Of a DNA stretch of 64,000 nt, positions 12,783-24,819 are shown piece after piece (positions within the stretch are counted from its first letter, which is position 1; each line of letters starts with the position of its first letter). The stretch lies in the NCBI RefSeq assembly GCF_024521635.1, contig NW_026250410.1, forward strand, positions 620,001 to 684,000, written 5' to 3'. Made by a program: the position numbers and the translations under genes. Below the pieces are notes generated by a model. The model was not told the DNA's origin and did no database searches. It worked only from the letters and a program-made list of their open reading frames with translations. The stretch comes from Tricharina praecox (Eukaryota).

Positions 12783-13926
12783 ATGGTGATCGCGAGGCGC
12801 TTATATGGATCGATGGCGAGAGGCTTTCCGACGCCCACGACGACGAGAGCGCTGTGGAGGTGTTCGGGAGTCAGGAATTGGTGGGTAGCCCCCGCCGTCT
12901 TGAGCTCGCAATGGTGGGAGCTGACCGGATGTCTCAGGGCCACCACCACCAACACCACCACCACCAACACCACCACCACTACAGCCGCGATACAAGCGAC
13001 AGGACACCGAGCGTTCCGCGCATCCGTCGTCGTTCGCACGCCTGAGGACAAGCAGTATTCCACCCCGCACTCGCTCCCTCCCTCCTTCCGTGCTTTCCAC
13101 TGACAGCAGCAGCAGCGACACCAAGAGCCCACTCGAAGCCCTCAAGCGCACTCTCCGCACTGCCAAAGCGCCACGAGAAAAAGTCTGGAACGTCCCGAAC
13201 ACGCTAACCTTCGGGCGTCTCTTCGCGTCGCCCGTGATCGGCTACCTGATCCTGCACGACCAACATGTCGCGGCTTTATCGCTCTTCGCGGTCGCGGGGG
13301 CCTCAGACCTGCTCGACGGCTGGATCGCGCGGCGATGGAACCTGCAGACGGTAGTCGGCAGCGTGATCGATCCGATGGCGGACAAGACGTTGATGACGAT
13401 CCTGACGATCTGCCTCGCGGCGAAAGGAATCCTGCCGGTGTGGATAGCGGGAGTGATCCTCGGCCGCGACGTCGCGCTCGCTATCTCCGCGATCTACTTC
13501 CGCTGGATCTCACTGCCCCCGCCGAAGACTATGAAGCGCTACTGGGACTTCTCGCTCCCCAGTGCTGAGGTCCATCCTACCAATATCAGCAAGCTCAATA
13601 CCGCACTGCAACTCGCGCTTATCGGCGCGTGTGTCGCCCATCCCATCGTCGGTGGGAGTGCCGATTGGGAGGCCGCGTTCCAAGCTATGCAGTAAGTTTC
13701 CGCACATGCGGTACCCCCCCTCCCCCTCACCCTCCCCCTGTGCGACGAGGACGTTGACGGAAGAAGATACACGGTTGCCACTACGACGGTGTGGAGCGGG
13801 TTGAGCTACATTTACTCGAAGGATGCGGTGACGTTCGTGAGACATCCCTCCACCCCCACCCCCACTATTACCACTACCACTACTCCTCCCCCACCACCCG
13901 CGGAAGACGATAAAATGAAGCAATAG
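12783..13926 (+). CDS. CRD1: Cardiolipin synthase (CDP-alcohol phosphatidyltransferase), 3 exons; introns ~13055-13112/13115 and 13692-13766
   Basis: WNVPNTLTFGRL, DLLDGWIARRWN..GSVIDPMADK CDP-alcohol phosphotransferase motif; Arg-rich mitochondrial presequence in exon 1; the introns reconcile the frames; last exon YTVATTTVWSGLSY. Confidence 0.9.
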
Positions 13927-16385
13927 AAGTACATAGAGCGATGTCCTTATCTTTTTTTCCTTCTCATTATCTTTGTTTACGATCCCCAGTGGGGGATTTA
14001 CGTGTAGGTATTGTACATTAGGTAGGTAGGTAGGTAGGTAGGTAGTTACCCTGCATTTTACGTGTCTGTCTGCATTCCATGGTGGGAGGGTGGGTATCAT
14101 ATTTAGTAGTGGCGAGATGGGTTCGTTCGCTTCGCTTCCGGCGGCGAGAAGATTAAGATGAAGAATCGTTCGTTCGTTCTCCACGAGACTGTGTGTAAGG
14201 TGTGTGAGGTGTTGTTGGCGGTTGTCGGTTGCCACATGCCACATGTCAAAGACGCGGGCGCCGGGCAGGAACGAGAACTTTAACCACTGTCACTGTCACC
14301 GCATGCAAGGAGAACGCACCCCACCCCCACCATACCCCCACCACACCACACCACATGGCGGTTGAAACTTGCTGTCAGATATATGCTGGTTGACAAGTAT
14401 CAGTATCCCTGGAAGTGGAGCTGCTTGACTGACTGACGACTGCTTCTGCCTCTGCTTCTGCTTCTGCGTTTTAACTTTTTGACGATATGCGGCGCGTAGC
14501 GCTCGACCATCATCCACTCCACTCCAATCGTTAAGAGTGCTGGCTGGCTGACTGGCTGACTGGCTGAGTGGTTTCCGCACGCACGCACGGCGGTCATCAG
14601 AGGTGCAGCGCTCGGGACGGCACGTTGACTGACTGACTGTGAGACGAACTCCCTACCTAGGTACTCTAACTATACCCATAGGCGGGCAAATCAAAAGCCT
14701 CGTAGGACACCATCGCCACCACTGCAATCGAGTGCGAGTGCGAGATAATGAGGGGCACTGGCTGGTGAAGCCGTCGCGAAGTACTAGAAACAGATACCAA
14801 TACCGACGACCGTCTCCCCGAGACGGAAATATCCATGGGGTTTCGAAGCCAGTGATGGTGCACTTGGTGTCTAACTTTGGGCAGAGCCTGGTCACGTCTT
14901 TCTTTGTGTAAGTTGTAGCCCGTAGGTTGTCACTGGCTGCTGGCTGCTGGTTGCTGGGAGCAATACCCTGAGGTTGTGGGTGGTTGTGGGTGGTTGTGGG
15001 TGGTTGTAGTGGTTGCCGTGGTCGTCTTGGTCAGCGAGGGCTAAGGGTGAAGGCTGGTGAGCATTGCACTGTGGCTCTGTTGATTCATGCTGTGGGGCTG
15101 CGCGAGCGGAAGGTTGAATAACACCTAAGTGTACAGGTGGTGCATTCATGTGTGCAGGCGCGGAACGCCAGTTCCAAGAGGGGAGCTTTAATGGCACTGC
15201 AAGACCCCGAGCACTGCCATTCCCTCTCACGATGCACAATGCCAATACTTCACGAAACCTGCACCCAAAGGACTTGGAACATCTCTCCACTCACCTTCGG
15301 CAAAGATGGTTCATAAACTATCACTCGCTACTCACCGAGTCAGAAACTGTGACGCTCTACAGTAGGTACGTTTTTGAGCGCGAGACGGAGGTGGAGATGG
15401 AGATGGGTTTATGTAGGTGCAGTGAAAGACACCGACGCTGCCGAAAAAAAATCCAGTGGTCAGTCATGCCGCATAGTCCGTGACTAGTATGTACAGCCGC
15501 GGGTGAGCCCACTTCGACATGCCTCATACAAAAGCCTGAATTCGGAGTCCTCCTATGTACACACTGCATCAGCACCGTATTAAACCCAAATTCTGTAGAG
15601 TCCGGCTTCTGCGTAAATCCGGTCGGTAGGGGGGTACTAACCGCAGTCGAGGACGGTATTCCTGTGACCCCCAGTGTCGGTATGATATTCACAACGTTGT
15701 CTTGGACACCGGTGTTCTCGCAGAACACGTCGTCTTCATCTTCACAATATCGCGTGAACACTCACCTCCGATAAATACCGATTCTGCGGCATACGTTTTT
15801 GCTGACAAAGCGAGCTGATTTTATAACACCGTATCCACCGTTGGAAATTTCACCCCGTTTTTTGCGACTGTACATATCCTTTTGCGCGCTCTCGGGCTCA
15901 GATCACTCGGCAACGATCACCCGTCGTTGAATGTACTGATGCTGGTTTCGAGGATGTGATGATCAATGATTCCGACATCTGCCTTCAGGTTTCGTAGGAG
16001 AAAACCCTTTGTGCTGATATTGAGGCTGGTGCTAGGATATCCCTCTGAAATTAACAATGGGATCAACTATAGGTACTATGACGGGTAGCTATCATTCACG
16101 GCATTCGTGCGGCTGCGGTAGGAACTGCTGAACAGCACATTTGAGTCCCTGCTGCGATACGCAGGTCATACGGGTCCTGATGGGCGGCGGCGGCGAATTC
16201 AGGAGCAAACATCCGCACGAACTGCTTTTTTTTACACCGTCATATCGCTTCTCTTCTTTTTCCGTCTTCGTGTAGCTGCTGGTGGATTTGTAGCGGGTGA
16301 GCACACTTCTTGTATCATGCGATATCACCCATAACAAAACCATCATTCGCAACACTCAATACTCAAGCTACCAATAACACTACTG

Positions 16386-17239
16386 CTACTCAAACACCTC
16401 CCTTACCACACTCCGTTCCCTTACCACCCTATCACTAGGGTCCGCCGCAATCACAGCCCACTCCGCTGGCAACCCGGGCCTAGCACTCCTCCCCCGTCTG
16501 GGAAGGTACACATGGATATCATCCGGCAGATTCATATCCGCCGGAACGCGGATCTTGAACGTCGTGATCGTCTCGACCTCTCTTTCCCCGTCCGCCTGCG
16601 CCCCGTTCCCCTCCAACCCCCACCGCATTTCCGCCGGGCCTGGGGCTTGAGGCGCTGGTACAAAAAACGCTGTTCCAGTAGCTGCTGCTGCGGCGAGGTG
16701 GGGGGCCCAACATCCGCCTCGAAGGTAACACTCTTCCTCCTAGCATGATGCCTATGCCTCGTCTGCTGCGCTCCACCTTCTCCCCCTCTCCCTCCCCCGA
16801 CCGCGATATCCGAGCCCGAGCTCGCCGGGCTCGCCGCCGCAGAGGGATACACGGAGTTCGCAGTGCTCGGCAGACCGGTGAAAACGCTCGCATGTTTTGG
16901 CAGCGTATCCCCTCTCACGACCGTATTCCCCGCCTGCCCGTCTTCATCCTCCTCCTCCTCATGGCCATGCCCAAAAATCCGCCGCCGCACCCCCGCCCGC
17001 GGAACTCGCGGGTCGAGACGGAACACGCGGGCTACGCCGCTATCGGAGCGGATGCCGGGGAGGCCTGGTAGGTCGATTGGAGGTGGGGAGGGGGGAGGAG
17101 GCGGGTGTCTGAAGGCCGAGAGGAAGCGGGTGTTGTAGCTGGAGGTTGCGGCGGAAAGGGATTTGCTGAGGGAGCGCCGGTGGGTGCGGTGGGTGGAGGA
17201 GGGGGAGGCCGGGGTAGTCGCTGGGGAGGTGTTCCTCAT
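16386..17239 (-). CDS. Hypothetical low-complexity protein split over two frames (17239-16532 and a -1 frame ending at 16386); frameshifted gene, pseudogene or assembly indel
   Basis: ATG-started 235-aa ORF with protein-like composition and a KSVTF motif; a protein-like continuation in the -1 frame (EVETITTFKIRVPADMNLPDDIHVYLP...). Confidence 0.5.
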
Positions 17240-18159
17240 TGTTTCTGGGCTGGTTTGATGTGGAGTGGTTTGTAGTAATGGTGGTACGATAGGAATGGAG
17301 TTGGTGGTGTGATGGGAGAGAGAGGGAGAGAGAATCGGTTTATTGCTGCATATGGCCTTACTGGACTATGGCGACCATGGTTGTGATGGGTCGCCGTGGG
17401 TGGTACCTGTTGATATTATGCGTCTTATTACCTGTTCCGGTGTCACTGCTACTTTCTACTTTCCTTTGCCTACTGCCCTCATTTCCTTCGTGGCTGCTTA
17501 GCATTGTCTGTGGCTTCTCATCAGAATCAGCCTCGTCAGCCGAAAGCCTTCAAGCCACCAGCCCAGTCCGGCGACGACTATCGTCGCATCCTCTGTCTGA
17601 GGCCCGGCCTTCTCGTCGTCTACACGAGCTCGTTTTCCTTTATAAGCAGTCTTCTTTCTCTTCTTTCTCGTATCAATACATCAATCAAGCCAAGTTCTTC
17701 TCTCAATTCCAACAGTACCGGTATGGCAATACCCCGGGTGAGTGCCATGACCCCTTACATTCTGCCAACCCCACAACTTGATATCAGTATGCCCATTGCC
17801 CATCTCCACCCATTCATCACCCAGAACCAAAATATCGACCGTTAACATAGGCCATCTGAGGATTGTATTCAAAGGTGGTATTCACTGATTCAACTCTTCA
17901 CAAACCTAGCTAAAATGTACAAAGGCGAAGAAGAACAGAGGAAGAGAAATGAGGAAGAGAAATAAACCCATAAACACCTCCATCAAAGCAAGCAATCCAT
18001 TGCCAACCGTGAAAAATAACGAAAAACACGCAAGACGCACGAGACAAACGAAATAAATTTCAACAGTCGCAATTCAACAGCAGAAAAGATACAATCCATT
18101 GCAATTTTATCCCAGTTCCATCGTGATAGCAGTAAACACCACTTGAAGTCTAGCTCAAA

Positions 18160-19181
18160 CTATTTAGTCTGCTCGCCGTTGACGAAGGCCCCGGGAACCT
18201 GGGGAACCTCGGGCGCTCCGTTGGTCTGGGTTATCGCATCATCCACAGGATCCTTGAGCTCGACATCACCATCGTCATCTTCCTCTTCCAAGTACTCAGG
18301 GTGACTATTTCCAATTAGAATCACGATCTTGAGCACCGTTTGACAAAAGTCGCACGACTCACCCCAAGAGATTCGCGACATTCTTCATCTCGTAGTGCTT
18401 CTTCCTCAGTTCCTCGAATTTCTTGTGCTTCTCCTCCTCCTCTTCGGGTGTCTCGGGTTCAGCGCCAGGTGCACGATGACTCTCGTCGTCATCCTCCTTG
18501 ACAACCACCTGCTTGGGCGACTGGCTCTCCTTCCTGGTGAGCTTAGGTGCAGCTGAAGGCTCACCCAGATCCAAGTCAGGAATATTGACATCAGGCGTAA
18601 CCTTCCGTTTCGGTCTCGCCTCAAGCTCATCGACAACAATATCATCGACATCCAGCATCCTCAGCTCAGCCTCATCCTCGGTCGGATCATACCCCTTCGC
18701 AAACGGAGTCTTCGGCTCATCAATCTTCATCTTCGGCGTGCGCTCCTGCTCGGTGAGATACAGATTTGCTTCGTCCCACTTGAGGCGAGGGGAACCATCG
18801 GGGTTGTCGCTGGACTCATGGTGAGACTGTCGCCGGGAGGGGCCAGCGCGAGACTGGTTCGACGATGAGCGACGGCGGCCCGCGTTCTTGAGTGTGTTTT
18901 GCAACACGATGTCGCGCTCAGTAAGACTGTCGCCGTCGGGGGTCGCTTCCCGAGAGATCACGGCCGAGGGGGCTTCCTCGACAACTGCGATGGGCTCCTC
19001 GATCGTTACAGGTTTATGCGTAGGCGAGCGGTGGTAGGAGTTCTTGAGGATGCCTGAATGCAGGGTTAGCTGTGGCCCTGACTTTATGGACCGACTAAGG
19101 AGCGGCTAGGGAGATAAGGATCGCTGCACCCTTGGGACGCTTCGACTCTGGGCCGTGGAGAGGCGGCGGTGAGTGGGCCAT
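18160..19181 (-). CDS. GLC8: Protein phosphatase 1 inhibitor-2 (IPP-2/Glc8), 3 exons; introns 19129-19054 and ~18362-18305
   Basis: Spliced RPKGILKN (SILK motif), RLKWDE, MKIDEPKTP, FEELRKKHYEM are inhibitor-2 hallmarks. Confidence 0.92.
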
Positions 19182-21455
19182 TATGGTAGTAGTAGGTTGA
19201 AGCTGAGGAAATAACTGGCGACAGCGATATGGAAAGACTGATGTATACTGGCGGGGCAGAAGGAGGTAAGATGGTAGTGGTAGTGGTTGTGGTTGTGGTT
19301 ATGGTGAGGAGAAGGAGGAGAGTGCTTCTGGGCTTGCTAATGTCGGAGGGGCAACGGGAGGGAGTGGGGGGTAAAGTAATGTGAGCACAAGCAACCGGCA
19401 GGGTGATCGAAGCTCGCTGACGTCGACTGTCTTGGCAGCGATCTTCATCATTCGACACCCTTTACCGACCACCCCTCATTCCTCGACACCACAACCTCGC
19501 AAGCCGCATTGCATATCCCGAATATCTCCTCACCAAAGCAGACGATGGCCTCGACTCACTTCCTTAACTCCTCCGCAACCCTCCACCACTCACCATCACG
19601 AGATACGATTACCCCGCACCCGCATCCTCAACGCGGAGAATTCAAAACACATCTACATACGCCGCGGCCGCACGCAGCGGCAGCCCTTTGCGATGAATAG
19701 AGACAAAGTTCGTAATAACAGACCAGGCTCGCACACCCTTTAACGCGGCAAGCGGACGTCTAGTCAGATCAGTACTCTCTCATTCCACCTTCCAGATGCT
19801 CGTTCCATCTCATCTCTGCTTGTCGGCTTGAAGGCCAGGACGGACGGAAAGCCATCACCGAGTGTTTGCATGCTGTGAAGTTGAATGAGCGTTTTACGCC
19901 CGTGCGCTGGAAAAAAAATCTTCACGATGTACAGCAAGCGAATAGCGAACGAAAAACAGCGAAGAGCTCCGTCTGGTCTGGAATGCACAGGACAGACACG
20001 CAAACAAAAAGAAAATATGGAAAGCAAAGACAGTTCTCCCCACACATGTACAAACACATGCCACATGGGTCAGCGGCGAGGAAGCTGTATGCACCCCAAC
20101 TTTCCCGCTACTCCAACCATACTTTGTCATGGATCGCTATTGGCCGCCTCGTGGTGGGGGCTCACTGGCGCCGCCGCCGGTGGTTTTTCCTCGAAGGGGA
20201 ATTGATAACCAGTACACTTCACTTTATACTCAACATCCCTACGGATCTATCGTTTGCCTACCACAGATCCACACCTCTATACGGGTGACGATTGTGCCGC
20301 TTGCTAGAAACAACCTGAAATCAAGGCTTGTGGCAGTTATTTCATAGTTAAGCTTTGTCCGCAAGTGCTTACCTTCACATATATACGACTAAGTTCAGAG
20401 TAGGTATTGCTTAGTAACTTGAGGCAGCTTGGTGGCTCTTCCGAGACTTCTGAGTGTTATGAGCAAAAAAAGGACAAGATGCCATCTCAACGACCCTCAA
20501 GAGTTCTATCCACCTCGTCCATCCCCACTAACCTCTATGCCACCGAGGGCTGAAGCAGTGAAGTCGGGTGTCCTGTTATGGAGAGATACCAGGTAGGTAG
20601 GTGACCACCGTTGTGGGCGTTGTGATGAAACCCTTTCATGGAAGGAAACGGTATCTACGCACCATAACTATTCCACAGGCCCGGGCCGTGGCTTAGATAT
20701 ATCTGAAATTATACGTTGAGTGACAGTGGCGGGCAGGAGGGGAGTAGAGTACGGAGACTGTTGGTCCCCGGCAAGGGCCCGGGCTTTTCACTCGGCACTC
20801 AGATAATTGGCACTCACTCATCTGCCTGTAGGCATGCGATATAAGGCCAAACCCGTGCGGTACGCAGCACAGTGGGCCAATTTTGTGGCGGTTTTAGCAT
20901 GCCCGGGTTCCTTTGGGATGAGCAGGTAAAAAAGATTAGTAGTGCGACAAGCCGGACGGTGCTATATAGGGACATAGCATCACGAGGGCTGCAGAAAGAA
21001 GGCGGTTTTCGGCCTTTTGTTTCCGTCGTGGAGATACTAGTAGACCGCGAGGATTTGCGGACTTAGTTCTAGACATGCAGGTCTGCGGGGGAAACATCAT
21101 AATGCATCCTTAGTAGCCCTATGATGTATGTACATACGTGGATAGATCACGGCCAAGTTGCAACGAATAACAAAGGTTTCTGAGATTCGTAAAGGGAACG
21201 CATAGCACTAATAACTACCAGGGAGCCATATCCAACCAGTAGCGAAACACACATCAATAGCAAAGAAAAAGGAACTCCTACTACCACCACCTCATCAACA
21301 ACCACGACAGGCAGCAGTCCGTAGTATACACTAAGATCTCAATGACCTCCACGAAAATGATGTGCTCAACCCGACCAACTCGACTCGCCTCGACTAAAAG
21401 AAACACCCCAAATGCAACCTAAGAGCATCTCATCAAAATTATCTGCCCCCACCGC

Positions 21456-23264
21456 TTAGTCGCTCCTTGCCCGTTTGCTGCTTGGCCCACCTTGCATCTG
21501 CAACCCGTGTTTCTTGTTCCCCACCTCGTCCCCAATACTCTTCACGAACGCCTCGACGCCGAATGGATCTGCTGTGTCCTTTTCAAACTGCACGGGTCCA
21601 TCCCGCTCCTCCCCATCACCTGCTCCCTTGAACCCCTTCTGTGCCCGGCCCAGTACCTCGAACTTCGAGTTTTTCTTGATCCGGTCGAGCTCGTTGTCGG
21701 CCGCGTCTTCGTCGTCCTCCTGCTGTACTCTAGGTCTGTAGATAGCGTTGGCGGCCTCTGCCGCGGCAAACAATGGCTTGTCGTAAGGATTGTCGTCGTT
21801 GTAGCCACTCGAGAACCCAGAGGATTGGTTGAATAGTCGAGAATCAAACATGCTCTCGGTGCTCTGTGTTGGCTTCGCGAGGCCAAGCGCCATTTTCTCG
21901 CCGATGTCACGTCCCTGCTCTCGTGCAAGAACCTGCATCTTCCGCTCCTGACCCATCCTCTTCATCCGTAGCTCACGCTGATCCTCGCGACGGCGCTCGC
22001 GACGCATCTGTTCACGCTCGTGCACTGCATCGTCGCCTTCGGAGTCGGAGCCTGATCGGGAGGAGTAGGACGCGTTTCGGGACCGTGACCGAGCGGAGCC
22101 CTGGGAGTCTGCACTTGTAGATCTGGCACGTCGGGGTTTGGACCGGGCGTTGGCGGCTTCCCGTGCCTTCTGTGCGAGTTCCCGGATGTGTTCTTCCTTC
22201 ACCGCCTTCTCCTTCTCCGCCAGCTTCTGCTGCATGAGTGCTCGCTGTTTGACTTCCTCGCGTGCGTGTCGGTCAGCGGTAAAGAGTGCTTCCGAGAACT
22301 GTGCGAACTTGTCGTTGATCGTAACATCCTGTAGACCTCGGCCATCGGCGGCGAGACGCTTGTCCAATGGCACGGTGTAACCCTTAGGATTCTTCCAGTT
22401 GGATACTGGCGGAGGAATATTCCACGCCTCTTGGTCCGCAGCCGTCAGCTTCCTCGGGGGCGAGTGCATGACCGGCGGCGGCGGTGAGCCCGGTCCTCTC
22501 GGAATCTTCCTGTGCTTGAACTTCGGCGGCTCCATAGGATCCTGCTGCTTCTCGATGATCTTGATGATCCGATCACTCTTTTTCGATGTATCACCCATCT
22601 GTCCGGACGGCGTATACCGCACATACTGCGCCTCCCTCTTCTCATTCCCCTTAACCGTCTTCGGCTTCTGCGCTGCGACCGCCCCGGTCACCAACTTCTC
22701 CAACGCAGCTCTTGTCCTCTCCGCGGTAGCCTGCACCTCCTCCTCACTTGGCCGCTCCAACGAGATCTCACCGACATCAGCACGCTGCCTCAGCGGGATA
22801 AGATCCTTAAACGACGCGTGAACGATCCGATTACTACCGTGTCCCTGCTTCGCGATCGCATCGTACTTGACTTTGCCCTCGGCGTCGACCTGCAGTGCAA
22901 GCGCTTTCGACTTCGTTGTTTTACCTCCTTTCCGCCCCATGTCGAGTGGGTACTGGGCGATTGGAATCTCGGGGAACGCGCCGCCGTCGCCGAAGTCTTC
23001 CTGTGAGCGCGGTCGCCATGATGACCGATGTCCGTACGCTGGCGGTCCGTATTGCTGTTCACGGCAACAACAAACATCAGTTAAAGACCTGTCCGATACC
23101 ATCTTCGTCATGTGGTGGCAATTCACCTTGAGCACGAGCTGTTGTCGCTCCGCGTCGCCGGCACCAAGGATCCGCGAAGTAGAGGGTCGTGATGGTCCGG
23201 CTTCCTCGGAGGAGAATTTGGGCGCCGGAAGGACCTTGTTGAGACCTGCTGCAATGGAGGTCAT
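21456..23264 (-). CDS. PRP45: Pre-mRNA splicing factor Prp45/SKIP (SNW domain); one 72-nt intron at 23126-23055
   Basis: SNWKNPKGYTVPLDKRL, FGDGGAFPEI, DPMEPPKFKHRKIPRGPGSPPPPVMHSPPRK. Confidence 0.97.
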   Translation of the reverse strand: MTSIAAGLNKVLPAPKFSSEEAGPSRPSTSRILGAGDAERQQLVLKVNCHHMTKMVSDRSLTDVCCCREQQYGPPAYGHRSSWRPRSQEDFGDGGAFPEIPIAQYPLDMGRKGGKTTKSKALALQVDAEGKVKYDAIAKQGHGSNRIVHASFKDLIPLRQRADVGEISLERPSEEEVQATAERTRAALEKLVTGAVAAQKPKTVKGNEKREAQYVRYTPSGQMGDTSKKSDRIIKIIEKQQDPMEPPKFKHRKIPRGPGSPPPPVMHSPPRKLTAADQEAWNIPPPVSNWKNPKGYTVPLDKRLAADGRGLQDVTINDKFAQFSEALFTADRHAREEVKQRALMQQKLAEKEKAVKEEHIRELAQKAREAANARSKPRRARSTSADSQGSARSRSRNASYSSRSGSDSEGDDAVHEREQMRRERRREDQRELRMKRMGQERKMQVLAREQGRDIGEKMALGLAKPTQSTESMFDSRLFNQSSGFSSGYNDDNPYDKPLFAAAEAANAIYRPRVQQEDDEDAADNELDRIKKNSKFEVLGRAQKGFKGAGDGEERDGPVQFEKDTADPFGVEAFVKSIGDEVGNKKHGLQMQGGPSSKRARSD

Positions 23265-23630
23265 GGTGGTGGTGGAGGTTGTTAGGGAGTTGAGTTCAGG
23301 CGATCGTTGATGATGAAAGTAGCCAGCGACACGAGAGTTGTTCTACTCTGCTGCGCGCCAAGACTCACTTTTTAGCGCGGCCCCCAACGTTACGGCAACG
23401 AGACGAATTGAAGGCACGTTTTATGTGATTGTTTAAGCTTTACAATGAAGTGCAAAGTATCCCGACTGAGTCTGAAGGATAAAATGAGCAGCACCAGGTT
23501 GATGTGAAGCGTCTCTACTCTCGCCCATAAGTAAATGTCTGGATGCTTAATATATCACTCGATTTTTGTCCAACCCCCAAGCTTCAACGTTCACTGTGCA
23601 GCTGCAATCAAAACCGTACCCATCAAGAAC

Positions 23631-23637
23631 AAAAAAA
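23631..23637 (-). terminator. Pol III oligo-T terminator of the tRNA
   Basis: T7 on the minus strand 8 nt downstream of the tRNA 3' end. Confidence 0.8.
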
Positions 23638-23645
23638 GCACATCA

Positions 23646-23770
23646 TATCCCTACTGGGGGTCGAACCCAGGACATCCGCATAGCTAGATCATATAGGATT
23701 GCCTGAAAACAAACGTTTCCAAACAAGCTTCCCATATAAGAACGGCGCGCTACCACTGCGCCATAGGGAT
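23646..23770 (-). tRNA. tRNA-Ile (anticodon TAT/UAU) with a 53-nt intron (23682-23734)
   Basis: Cloverleaf: acceptor ATCCCTA/TAGGGAT; D arm GCGC-AGTGGTA-GCGC; anticodon arm CCGTT-CT-TAT-A[intron]A-TGCGG; T arm CTGGG-TTCGACC-CCCAG; intron at the canonical 37/38 position. Confidence 0.9.
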
Positions 23771-24819
23771 TTAGATATGGTCAAGCCTTTGACTTTAGAA
23801 ATAATTAGTCCACGTAATAGTGCACACAACGACCGAGATGAGATAAATAAACAGCTAAGTGAGCAACGCAGAGGTCTCTACCTCGAGGATGAAGCCCACA
23901 CGCCTTCTTCACAGAATAGTTCGATCAGATAAGCGAAAGATCATTTACTATCCTCATCTGCTAGCTACCCATCTCTCGCCTGTTACCCGCCTCCCACCTG
24001 CCACCCGTCAGGTAATCAAACCTGACGATTCCAAGTAGCAGCACAAAGTAGAAAATGATGTCGATTAGCATGCCTCACAAAGGATGAAACATATCACCAT
24101 AAAATAACTCTTAGCTAGCTATTGACACTCCCTTTGTCCGAGGGCGTGATCGTTTGAGATCGAGTGACTACCTAGACAGCTGTCTACAGATTTTTCTGGG
24201 TCAAGACAGAAACGAAAAAGTCCTTTGACCTTTCTCCTTCAGCTATATTGAGATAAGTAATATTTGATTTACTTGCCAAGTAGCTCTTTCTCCAGGTTCG
24301 ATGAATAGTCTGATCACCCGAAATCACTCATATACGGCCCAAGATGTTGGGAGGGGGAAGTATTTCTTAGTATGATTTGATACTTTGTAGGTCGCATGCA
24401 ATAAACGATTTCAAAACCAAAAAGAAGGAGGGCATGATCGGAATCCCTTAAGATCCCGTGGAAATTGCAGAATTCATTGTTGATATATCAGAATTGGACT
24501 CGTAATAATTCGATCACTCTGTTCCAACACGCGCCACACCCGTGGATCACTTTGGAAGCTCACTGAACGTCATGATTTGCTGCGCCACAAAGAGGGGTTA
24601 AGGACCCCACATGTTGTGTCATCGCTCGCACGTGATCCGATAAGTTGAAAGGCTTGGTACTTATTCTGTCTCTGCTACCCAGAGCTCCTAGTCGCTTTGA
24701 CAATAGAACTCCCGCCGCAGATCGATCCACCCGGAGACTCCCTTCACACACTCGCCAACATCGAACTCGAATACTTAATATCCCCGCCCATCTAACCTCC
24801 TTCGAAATACTCCAACACA

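Noticed and set aside
15357..16050. 134-aa minus-strand ORF, a TACTAAC-CGCAG acceptor on plus, and a C/D-box-like GTGATGA...CTGA
   Set aside because: No coherent gene model, no terminal stem and no convincing rRNA antisense element
20622..20706. Possible C/D snoRNA (GTGATGA...CTGA, ~85 nt)
   Set aside because: Only a short 9-nt rRNA-like complement that is not followed by a D' box, and no terminal stem; an Rfam/snoscan search would decide
23800..24560. AT-richer segment beside the tRNA as an LTR or RIP relic
   Set aside because: No TG...CA termini, target-site duplication or TE coding remnants seen
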